The notes beneath the pieces were generated by a model that saw only the letters and a program-made list of their open reading frames with translations, did no database searches and was not told the origin of the DNA. The translations under genes were made by a program, and so were the position numbers. Shown here in pieces: positions 1 to 8,116 of a stretch of DNA of 64,000 nt (position 1 is its first letter; the number at the start of each line of letters is the position of its first letter). The stretch is from Ostreococcus lucimarinus (taxonomy: Eukaryota): NCBI GenBank assembly GCA_000092065.1, contig CP000600.1; one strand, given 5' to 3'.

Positions 1-5
1 CGGAG

Positions 6-647
6 TTGTGCGTGTTGGAATCGTTCGTGCGAGAGACGGCGGTGCCGTTCGTGCGAGAGAAGGGCTTGGGATGGGTGCTGCCGAGGAGAGAGACGAGCGA
101 GACGTATCTCGCGGGCGTGGTGTTCATGCTCGGCGCGAATTTCATTTTGCTCGGTTCGACCAAGGTTGTGGCCATCATGGCCATCTATCACGATCTGAGT
201 CTTGGGTTGGCGACGCGCTTGTTTGGCTCGGCGCTCGGCGCGCTCGGGCCGACGAATGAGCGAGAAAAGCGCGAGAAGGAGTTGAACAAGGTGATGGATG
301 AACAGATGAACGAGCTAAAGGGGGTGATGTCGAACTGGACGATCGGTAAAGACGATCGCGCGAGGAAGACGCAGGAAATTAACGACAAGTACGCGACGAA
401 ACTGGAAGCTTTGCGCGGTTCGCAAGAGGAGCGAAGCGATCGCGACGACGCCGTCGGGTTGAGTAAATTCAGACAAGTCGCCGGCGTAGTCGCAGTTCCG
501 CTCAAGGTGTACGGCACCGTCAGTTCGAAAGGCCGCCAAGTCTTAGAGGTCTTCGACACGTTCTGTTCGCGATATTTTGTCGCCTTCACGGTGACGTACA
601 TAATCATCAAAACCGCGCATTACACGGTGTTGAAAGATTTCCCGTGA
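6..647 (+). CDS. 3' part of a gene whose 5' end lies outside the window. Hypothetical protein with a hydrophobic stretch followed by a coiled-coil and charged segment.
   Basis: Open frame runs from the window edge to a stop at 647. Amino-acid composition is diverse, unlike the Arg/Ala-only antisense frames. No family recognised. Confidence 0.35.
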   Translation: MCVLESFVRETAVPFVREKGLGWVLPRRETSETYLAGVVFMLGANFILLGSTKVVAIMAIYHDLSLGLATRLFGSALGALGPTNEREKREKELNKVMDEQMNELKGVMSNWTIGKDDRARKTQEINDKYATKLEALRGSQEERSDRDDAVGLSKFRQVAGVVAVPLKVYGTVSSKGRQVLEVFDTFCSRYFVAFTVTYIIIKTAHYTVLKDFP

Positions 648-708
648 TTCGAGACGGTTAGTAATACATTGTAGTCTACACATCCACGCGCACCGTGCGG
701 TGCCGATT

Positions 709-1303
709 TCACGTTTTCGGACGTCGAACGTAACGCGCCAACCGAGTGGCGTGCGCCCCCGTCGACGCGGCCAGCGCGCTCTCGCACGCGTCCTTCAGCG
801 CCTTGAGCGTTTGATAATCCGTCTCCGCGAGCGTCGTCTTCTTCGTCCCGCCGTCGTCGCCGCGCGCCAATCCCAGTTTCAACAAATACTTCGCCTCGCT
901 CTCCACCAGCGACGCTCGACTCGAGACGTTCGCATCTAATCGCCACTCCAACCCATCGTACGCGTCGCTTCTGTTCGTCGCCGTCCCTCGTCGCGTCGCC
1001 GCGCCTCGTTCGCCCCGCAGCGCCTCCTCCGCGTACCGCCTCGTCAGCGTCTCCGCCTTGGCGTCGTCGAACCCGAATCCCCGCATGCGCTTCCCGAACG
1101 CATCGCTCGTCACGCATCCTCGCGCGCACTCCGCGAACGCCCACGCGAGCGCCCTCGCGTCGCTCGCCGCGCGCTCGACCGCGCGCTCGCCCGACGCCAG
1201 CGCCATGGCGTCCTCGCACGCCGCGTCGACGACGTCGAGCGATCGCGCGGCGAGCGCGCGCAGGTCGCGCTCGATCGCTTTCGTCCACACCACGGGTTCC
1301 ATG
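709..1303 (-). CDS. Hypothetical protein of about 198 aa.
   Basis: ATG at 1303-1301 on the minus strand, reading MEPVVWTKAIERDL..., through to a stop at 709. The long minus ORF 709..2508 beyond 1303 runs antisense to the transporter gene and is treated as an artefact. Balanced composition. No family recognised. Confidence 0.4.
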
Positions 1304-1551
1304 GCGCCGCGCGCGAGGCGACGCGCGACGCGACCGCGCGAACGTCTGCCGTCGATGGACGACGCCCAACACCCTCCGTTTGAGGACCGCAGTGCGCGAC
1401 GGTCGGACCGCGCGCGACGACGCGCGAGGCGGCGACGACGCGCGAACCGAAAGAAAGAACGAACGAACGCGCGCGCGCGACGACGCGCGGGTCGAACGCG
1501 CGCGAACGAAGCGACGACGCGCGCGCGAAAGAAGCGACGAGGGCGAACACC

Positions 1552-2562
1552 ATGAGCGACGTCGGCGGGAAGAGCGCGAAAGAGCTGTCGATGTCGGCGT
1601 ATCTCACGGCGATGACGTATGGGGTGGCGTACATCACCGCCGCGACGACGATCATCATGCTGAATAAGTACATGCTGAGCGTGACGGCGTTTCATTATCC
1701 CATCGTGTTGTCGTCGCTGGGCGTCGTCTGCGGGTGGACGCTGAGCCTGATCGGCGTGCACGTGACGAAGACGGTGGATATCTCCACGCACGGTGATATT
1801 ACGTTTACGACGTGGGTGAAGAACGTGTTGCCGATCGGGTTTTTTCAAGGAACGACGCTGATGCTCGGGAACATGGCGTACTTTCATCTCACGCTGTCGT
1901 TTTTGCAAATGGTCAAGGCGCTGTCGCCGGCGGTGTTGTTCTTCATCTTGTATCTCACTGGGTTGGATAAGTGGCACGCCAAAGTCGCCATGGCGGTGGC
2001 TGTTATTATTGGCGGTACGTTGATCGCGTCGCTCGGCGAGACGAGCTTCACGTGGGTCGGATTCGCTTTGATTTTTGGCGCAGAATTGACAGAGGCGTTT
2101 AAGAACGCGTTGATGCAATTCTTGCTCGCGAATAAAAAGTTCAGCATGTGGGAAGGGATGTACTTCATCTCCCCCGCCTCGCTTATCTTTCTTCTTCTCG
2201 CCGCGACGGCGTTCGAATTCAAGCACATGCGTGAGAACGACGCTTGGGGCATGATGGTGGACAAGCCTTACTTGTTCGTCGCCGCCGGCTTTTTGGGCTT
2301 CGTCGTCAACTTTTGTTCCCTCGGCGTCATCAAGCACATCGGTTCTCTCACCCTCAAAGTCCTCGCTCAGCTCCGATCGATTCTCATCATCGTCTTCGGC
2401 GTCGTCTTCTACCACGACGTCGTCACCCCGATGCAAATGTTCGGTTACGGCGTCGCCCTCGTCGGTTTCACCGCATACAACGTCGCCAAGGTGCAGGCCA
2501 AGGAGCAAGAGATTTTAGAAGAACAGCGCGAGGCGGGACTGAGCAAGCCGCTCTTACCCTGA
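1552..2562 (+). CDS. Sugar-phosphate or nucleotide-sugar transporter of the TPT/DMT superfamily, 336 aa, multi-pass membrane protein.
   Basis: Several predicted transmembrane helices and overall similarity to triose-phosphate/nucleotide-sugar translocators (the GTTLMLGNMAYFHLTLSFLQMVKALSP core). Lower-GC codon usage typical of real membrane genes in this genome. Confidence 0.75.
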   Translation: MSDVGGKSAKELSMSAYLTAMTYGVAYITAATTIIMLNKYMLSVTAFHYPIVLSSLGVVCGWTLSLIGVHVTKTVDISTHGDITFTTWVKNVLPIGFFQGTTLMLGNMAYFHLTLSFLQMVKALSPAVLFFILYLTGLDKWHAKVAMAVAVIIGGTLIASLGETSFTWVGFALIFGAELTEAFKNALMQFLLANKKFSMWEGMYFISPASLIFLLLAATAFEFKHMRENDAWGMMVDKPYLFVAAGFLGFVVNFCSLGVIKHIGSLTLKVLAQLRSILIIVFGVVFYHDVVTPMQMFGYGVALVGFTAYNVAKVQAKEQEILEEQREAGLSKPLLP

Positions 2563-2724
2563 GCGCCGAACGATCGCATCTGATGTGTGTAGCTTTTCGT
2601 AGTCATGTATTCACTGATCTAGCTCTTCTTCCAATCGTTTCATCCGTCCCGCGCCGCCGCCTCGCGCGCGCGGTTTGAATGTCACCACGCATTCAAACCG
2701 CACTCGCGGTCGCGTCGGCTCGCC

Positions 2725-3499
2725 ATGGCGAGCACGAGCTTCGGCAAGAAGGCGTGCGAACTCGTGCGAGAGATCGCGGAGAGCGAGGCCGGGACGCTAC
2801 CGCCGTACAATCAGGATTTAATGCGCACGATCGCCGATCAGTGCGCGGACCACGGCGAGGCTATGCAGACGCTGGCGGTTCAGATTAACGAAGTGAACGA
2901 CGCCGAGGACGACGGCGCCGAGGACGCGGACGCGAGAGAAGATAAGACAGGGTCGTTGCGCACGGGGATGTTCGCGCATCATCAGGTGAGCGCGAGAGAT
3001 GCGGGAATCGAGGCGGCGAATCGAAGACGCGCGAGACGCGAGCGAAACGAATCAAACGAACGAACGAACGAACGAACGACGAACGAGCGACTGACTGCGT
3101 TTGCGTCGCGAATAGGCGATATTGCGGAATAAACGCGCGATGTTGGTGTACCTGAACGAGCGCATGAACAGGATAAAAGATCTTCGATGGCAAATCGGCA
3201 CCGGTTTGCCGGACAACGTGTCCTCCAACCTGAGTCACGGCGAACGCGCCTTCTTCACCAAGTACTCGGAAAATCTGAACGAATACATGCGAGAGGTGGA
3301 TTTGAACTTGACGTTAGATTTAGAACCGCCGAAGCATCACAAGATACAGGTGCGATGCTTGGAAGATCGCGGGGAGTTGTTCACCAGGGACGGCTCGGTG
3401 GATCTCAAGCGCAACACGGTGCACTTGATGTGGAGAGAGGAAGCGCAGCCGCTCATCCGCGAGGGCGTCCTCGAGCAGCTCGACGACGATGGGTGTTAG
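2725..3499 (+). CDS. GINS1: GINS complex subunit 1 (PSF1), two exons: 2725..2985 and 3116..3499, with a 130-nt intron at 2986..3115.
   Basis: Exon 1 (MASTSFGKKACELVREIAESEAGTLPPYNQD...) and exon 2 (RNKRAMLVYLNERMNRIKDLRWQIGTGLPDN...IQVRCLEDRGELF...LIREGVLEQL) align with the PSF1 N-terminal and central regions, including the conserved R-R-x-x-x-A-Y-L-x-x-R-L-x-R-I-x-x-L-R-W segment. Donor CAG|GTGAGC at 2986, branch-like CTGAC, acceptor AATAG|GCG at 3115. Both junctions are phase 0. Confidence 0.8.
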
Positions 3500-3610
3500 C
3501 GGCGTGTAGAATCAATTGAATTATAGGGAAGTAATATGCTATCCGTTCGTCGTTCGCGCTCGACGCGTCGTAATCCATTCCGTTTTCCGTCGGCTCGCTC
3601 CGCGACTCGC

Positions 3611-4117
3611 TCAAATCGCGAGCGGCGAGAGCACTCTCGGCAGCGCCTCGACGTTGGCCAAAAACGCGAAGAGCGAAAACAGCACCCCGAGCGTCGGCAT
3701 CAATCGCGGTCCCGGCCACTCGAGCGGATTTCTCGGCGTCTCGTCGAATCTCTTCGCGTACTGATAGCCCAACGCGAGCGTCGCGACCGCCCCCAGCGCC
3801 AGTCCCGCGGGCGACGCCAGTTCGTTATCGCTCTGGATCAGCGCGAACGCCCCGCACAGCGCACCGCTCGCCGGGCCGACGAACGCGAGATTCGGTCGTC
3901 CCGGCGTGCCCTCCGCGACGTTTTCCCGCGTGTTCAGCGCTTCGCCCATCACGCACAGCGCGAACGCGACGTCTTGCTGCGCCACGGCGTAGGCGACGTT
4001 CGCGTCCACCGCGCGCGCGGCGGTGCGTTCACCGCGCGCGAGCGACGCGCGCCTCGAGACGCGCGCGACGCGCGCTCGCGCGAGCGTCGTCGTCGTCGTC
4101 GACGTCGTCATCGCCAT
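3611..4117 (-). CDS. Small four-helix membrane protein with a Thr-rich presequence, TMEM14/FAX-like. Tentative.
   Basis: Begins MAMTTSTTTTT... followed by Gly/Ala-rich helices (GALCGAFALIQSDNELASPAGLALGAVATLALGYQYAKRF) that resemble the TMEM14 family. Family assignment is inference from motif resemblance only. Confidence 0.4.
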   Translation of the reverse strand: MAMTTSTTTTTLARARVARVSRRASLARGERTAARAVDANVAYAVAQQDVAFALCVMGEALNTRENVAEGTPGRPNLAFVGPASGALCGAFALIQSDNELASPAGLALGAVATLALGYQYAKRFDETPRNPLEWPGPRLMPTLGVLFSLFAFLANVEALPRVLSPLAI

Positions 4118-4118
4118 C

Positions 4119-4882
4119 GCCGCAGAATGAGGCGCACCGCCGCGCGCGCGGCGCGCGCGTCTCGAAGCGCGCGCGAGTACCTGCCGAAGGCGTTTCCGTC
4201 GCTCGACGCCGACGACGTCGCGCGCGAGCTCTTCGACGACGCGCGCGCGGTGGCGACGTTCGGCGCGAGCGACGAGGCGACGGCGCGAAAACAGCTGGGA
4301 CACGCGTGCGCGCAGGCGATCGGAGGCGAAGCGCGCCGGTGCAGGCACGGATACAGTCGCGCGCTGCTGTACGCGCCGGCGTCGACGACGACGACGGACG
4401 CGAGGGCGGCGCTCAAGGCGGAGCACGCGCTGTCGAGACTGAGCTGTCCCGAACTCATCGAAGCCGTCGACGCGTGGGAGCGCGAGGGAGGGATACACGC
4501 CGTCGCGGCGGCGTGCGACGCGGACGAAAGTTTATTCCAAAGCCTGGAGCGGGCGCATCGAGACGCGCCGAGGGTGCGAAACTGGTTGGTGGGCGAGGAG
4601 ACGAGCGCGCGGGTGCGCGAAGGCGAGACGAAAACGGATTTCATCGTCAACAGAACGGGGTTAGTTGGGGTGAGTTTAGAGGCGCTGACGAGCCAGAAGA
4701 CGTGGAAGAAGGTGAAATGTCTTCACGCGCACATAGCGGACACTTTGGTGCGGGGGAGAGGGAAGAATGCGGTCGGCGCGTTTGCGCTCGACGTTCTTCG
4801 CACGAGAAGAGGCGTCGACGTCGACGGAACGCCCGAGTGCTGGCGCAGATGCGCGCCAGGGGTAGCGGAGAGTAGAAAGTAG
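4119..4882 (+). CDS. Conserved hypothetical protein of about 254 aa, possibly organellar.
   Basis: Only in-frame ATG is at 4119. Balanced composition in the C-terminal two-thirds (...KTDFIVNRTGLVGVSLEALTSQKTWKKVKCLHAHIADTLV...). Head-to-head with the preceding gene with essentially no spacer, so the 5' end is uncertain. Confidence 0.4.
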
Positions 4883-4946
4883 AATGCGCTAGGGTAGAGT
4901 ATTAATAGAAAATAGCATAGCTGCGAGGGAACGAGCGGGGCGAGCG

Positions 4947-5990
4947 CTATCGACAAAACGACGAACTCAACGCTTTGGAGACGGAAATTCTCTGCGACCT
5001 GTTCGCCACGAGACCGCACACTAATTTCCAACCCGCCCCGTCGTTTTCATCGAGAATCGCGAAATCGCTTTGCCTGCGCTCGGGCAGGCTCGCTCGCCAG
5101 GCTTCGCAGTCGTACGCCCAAGTTTTCAATTCTCCTCGAACGCCCTTCATGCCATTCTTTTTCCGAAACGCCGGAACGCTCACTTGCAAGATCACCATGC
5201 CCACCGAGAACGCGTCGAATAAATCGGGTTTATTCTTGTTCCACTCCCCAGCCCCTCCACCGCCGCCAAACTTCCCCGTGAGATATCGCTCGGGCGGCCC
5301 GTAGACGGGATCGAAAACCGTCTCCGCCTCGTCGTAGTTTTGCCCCGTCTTCAAATCTGCCGCCCCACCGAGATCGATCAGCCGCAATCCGTTCTTCGTG
5401 AGCAACACGTTGTTAGGTTTCACGTCCCTGTGAATGATCTTTTTGTCGTGAAGCCCCTTGACGCACTTGAGGAGTTCGCGACTCACCTTCTTGCACGCCT
5501 GCGCCTCCGTGGCGCACCCCAGCGCCTCCGCGAACGCCGCGCCGTCTCGTCCGCCTCCGAACACTCCCCCGAGTCCACCACCGCCGAGCGCGCCCTCGAG
5601 CGTGTCGCGTCCCTCGTCTTCGAACACGAGGTACGCGTTCGCGCCCGCGACGCCCAGAAACGTCGCGCCGCCGCGCCACCCCCTCGCGCGCCGCCAGATT
5701 CGCCCCTCCGCCTCGACGAACCGCGCGCCGCCTCGAAACGCGCTGCCCTCTTTCAGCACCACCGCCGTGCGCCCGCGGAGCGTGCCCGCGAAGACGTCGC
5801 CGAACGAGCCCGCGCCGATCTTCTCGCCGCGTCGCACGTCCGCGAGCGCGATGTCCCCGGCAAAGTCGCGCCCGCCGTCGTCGGACTCCGCGAACGCGCG
5901 CGGCGGCGGCGGCGACGCGCGGCGCGTCGAGCGGCGCGGCGCGCGCGCGCGCGGGGTCGTCGGAACGCGCGAGGTCGAGGCGACGCGCAT
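4947..5990 (-). CDS. Serine/threonine protein kinase.
   Basis: Gly-rich loop GAGSFGDVF, catalytic loop HRDVKPNNVLL, DLG (DFG-like) motif and APE-like PPE motif, all in canonical order. Confidence 0.8.
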   Translation of the reverse strand: MRVASTSRVPTTPRARAPRRSTRRASPPPPRAFAESDDGGRDFAGDIALADVRRGEKIGAGSFGDVFAGTLRGRTAVVLKEGSAFRGGARFVEAEGRIWRRARGWRGGATFLGVAGANAYLVFEDEGRDTLEGALGGGGLGGVFGGGRDGAAFAEALGCATEAQACKKVSRELLKCVKGLHDKKIIHRDVKPNNVLLTKNGLRLIDLGGAADLKTGQNYDEAETVFDPVYGPPERYLTGKFGGGGGAGEWNKNKPDLFDAFSVGMVILQVSVPAFRKKNGMKGVRGELKTWAYDCEAWRASLPERRQSDFAILDENDGAGWKLVCGLVANRSQRISVSKALSSSFCR

Positions 5991-6034
5991 GGGTGTGACG
6001 CCGCAGAGCGCGACGGCGAGCGCGCGCGCGCGGC

Positions 6035-7717
6035 ATGGCGAGCGAACGCGCGCGCGACGGCGACGACGGCGACGATGCGATGCGCGCGATGGGGACGCAG
6101 CGCGCGCGCGCGGTGACGCTCGTCGCGCGCGCGCGCGCGGAAGATGCCGCGGACGTCGAGCGCGAATCCGAAGACTTTGACGACGCGCGGCGACGCGCGC
6201 GGCGCGAGGCGAGCGGTGCGGAGGGCGGGAAGAGCGCGCGCGAGGGCGCGATGACGCCCGCGGGGTACAGAGCGACGCTGCGCGACGAGGACGGGGAAGA
6301 TTACGCGTCGATGCGACACGCCCTCGACGCGCTTCGGAACATCGATAAAGTCGACGCGTCGGGAGGTGCGGACGCGCGCGGTGCGTCGAACGCGGCGCGC
6401 GAGGGATGGGCGAGCGCGCGGGCGAGCGCGATCGCGGGCGACGCGGACCGCGGGACGTACGAGGTGGTCGAGACGCTGCGCGCGGGCGGAGCGGCGTCGA
6501 GCGCGAGTTTTAGTAAAGTCGGCGAGAGGAGTCTGGCGATCGGTGATCGCGCTGGATCGATCCTCGTGAGGCGATGCGCGACGGATGATATGGCGTGCGC
6601 GTCGACGAGCGAGGTCGGGGCGCACGATGGGGAGATTGTTGGCATGGATTGGAGTTTGAACGGCGGACGCCTGGTAACTGTAGGCAAGGTGGGGGAAGTG
6701 AAAACGTGGAACGTGACGCACACGTCCAAGACGACGATACAAATGACGAAGCAGAGCGCTTTTAAGGTGCATACTGAGGTGACGTGTGTTCTGTTTCACG
6801 CGGCGAAAGACGATCTCGTTTTTGTGGGCACGAAGTTGCGAGAGGTGCTCGTCGTCGACGTCCAGGTCGGAGTCCTCTTGGACAAGTTCACGATGAACGC
6901 GGTACCGCTTTGCATGGAATCCAACACATCAGGGTGTGTTCTGTTCGTCGGTGACGCTGAGGGCAATATCAGCGTGTTGACGTGCGACGCTCGAATGAAG
7001 AAGACGCTGTCACTCAAGTCTGAAGGCGACGCTGCGGTTGAAAATCCACTTCAGCGCGTCATCAATGAAAGATCGGCGAGTCAATCAGAGAGGATGAGCG
7101 TGGTCGGGCATCAACAGCTGCCTGATGAAGATGGAAGTGACCCGTCGACGGTAGGATCGAAACTCCGCTCGACACTCGCATCGATGCTTTCAAAGGCAAA
7201 AACCGCGGTGCCCGTGCCGCGGGTGGCTCAAGTGAAGACTGGGTATCGCTTGCGAGCGGCAAAAACGATTTCTGCAGAAAAATCGCCGATTCGCGCGATA
7301 CGCTATTGTCCGTTCGTTACAATCACGGGTAGAGCTGCGTTGTTGAGCTTCCATGAGTGCGGTATCGTGCGTATGTATCACGCAAACGATTTGCGGTACT
7401 CGTCTTTTAACTCTTTCACCCACGGACAAATACACGATTGGACCACTCCGGCCCGCGGTAGTGGCGCCGTTTCTTTCGCACACGGACACTCCATCGATCT
7501 GCCCCTCTTATCCGCCTCTAGAGCCAATCGAACGGCACTATACGTCATGCCCACTATTCCCGAAGCACCGATCCAGGCCTTGCAGTTCACCGACGATGTA
7601 GAAGAGAATAGCGAACAAGCTGTGGATATTGCAACCGTATCGGAATGGTCGCACGATTCCACCGAGCTTGTTATCGGTTATGCGTCGGGTAAATTGGTCG
7701 TCTGGCGCAAGATGTGA
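6035..7717 (+). CDS. WD40-repeat protein of 560 aa.
   Basis: Repeated WD-like units (HDGEIVGMDWSLNGGRLVTVGKVGEVKTWNV; ...VIGYASGKLVVWR). The N-terminal 150 aa is low-complexity and GC-rich, so the start is uncertain. Confidence 0.6.
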   Translation: MASERARDGDDGDDAMRAMGTQRARAVTLVARARAEDAADVERESEDFDDARRRARREASGAEGGKSAREGAMTPAGYRATLRDEDGEDYASMRHALDALRNIDKVDASGGADARGASNAAREGWASARASAIAGDADRGTYEVVETLRAGGAASSASFSKVGERSLAIGDRAGSILVRRCATDDMACASTSEVGAHDGEIVGMDWSLNGGRLVTVGKVGEVKTWNVTHTSKTTIQMTKQSAFKVHTEVTCVLFHAAKDDLVFVGTKLREVLVVDVQVGVLLDKFTMNAVPLCMESNTSGCVLFVGDAEGNISVLTCDARMKKTLSLKSEGDAAVENPLQRVINERSASQSERMSVVGHQQLPDEDGSDPSTVGSKLRSTLASMLSKAKTAVPVPRVAQVKTGYRLRAAKTISAEKSPIRAIRYCPFVTITGRAALLSFHECGIVRMYHANDLRYSSFNSFTHGQIHDWTTPARGSGAVSFAHGHSIDLPLLSASRANRTALYVMPTIPEAPIQALQFTDDVEENSEQAVDIATVSEWSHDSTELVIGYASGKLVVWRKM

Positions 7718-7787
7718 TGTTTTCTGTATTCAAATTATCCTGTTGTTGCAATTTTAAATTTGAGCTCGCTGCGCGATGTTTTCTTTT

Positions 7788-7864
7788 CCTCTTCCAATCC
7801 TCTTCCAATCCTCTTCCAATCCTCTTCCAATCCTCTTCCAATCCTCTTCCAATCCTCTTCCAAA
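7788..7864. repeat. Tandem 11-mer (CCTCTTCCAAT), about 7 copies.
   Basis: Read directly from the sequence. Lies in the 3' intergenic region between two convergent genes. Confidence 0.95.
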
Positions 7865-7963
7865 TCCCATATCTCTCCTTCAACCATCTCCCTACTTCCT
7901 AAACAATTCCTAAAAGTCCTTACCCTGACCTTTTCCAATCTGGCTGCGTCCTCATGCAACCGC

Positions 7964-8113
7964 TTCCTCTTCCTCTTCCTCTTCCTCTTCCTCTTCCTCT
8001 TCCTCTTCCTCTTCCTCTTCCTCTTCCTCTTCCTCTTCCTCTTCCTCTTCCTCTTCCTCTTCCTCTTCCTCTTCCTCTTCCTCTTCCTCTTCCTCTTCCT
8101 CTTCCTCTTCCTC
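7964..8113. repeat. Perfect hexanucleotide microsatellite (TTCCTC), about 25 copies over 150 bp.
   Basis: Read directly from the sequence. Abuts the stop codon of the transportin gene at 8117. Confidence 0.95.
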
Positions 8114-8116
8114 CAC

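Noticed and set aside
709-2508. 599-aa minus-strand ORF overlapping the TPT-family transporter gene.
   Set aside because: Beyond 1303 it is antisense to a well-supported membrane-protein gene and is dominated by Arg/Asp/Glu/His runs. This is typical of open reverse frames in ~65% GC DNA. Only the 709..1303 portion was kept.
5753-6799. 348-aa minus-strand ORF and several overlapping Arg-rich ORFs around 5340..6800.
   Set aside because: Antisense to the kinase and WD40 genes and purely low-complexity.
7964-8113. Possible CRISPR-like array because of the regular repeats.
   Set aside because: It is a perfect hexanucleotide microsatellite with no spacers, in a eukaryotic 3' UTR. Not a CRISPR.
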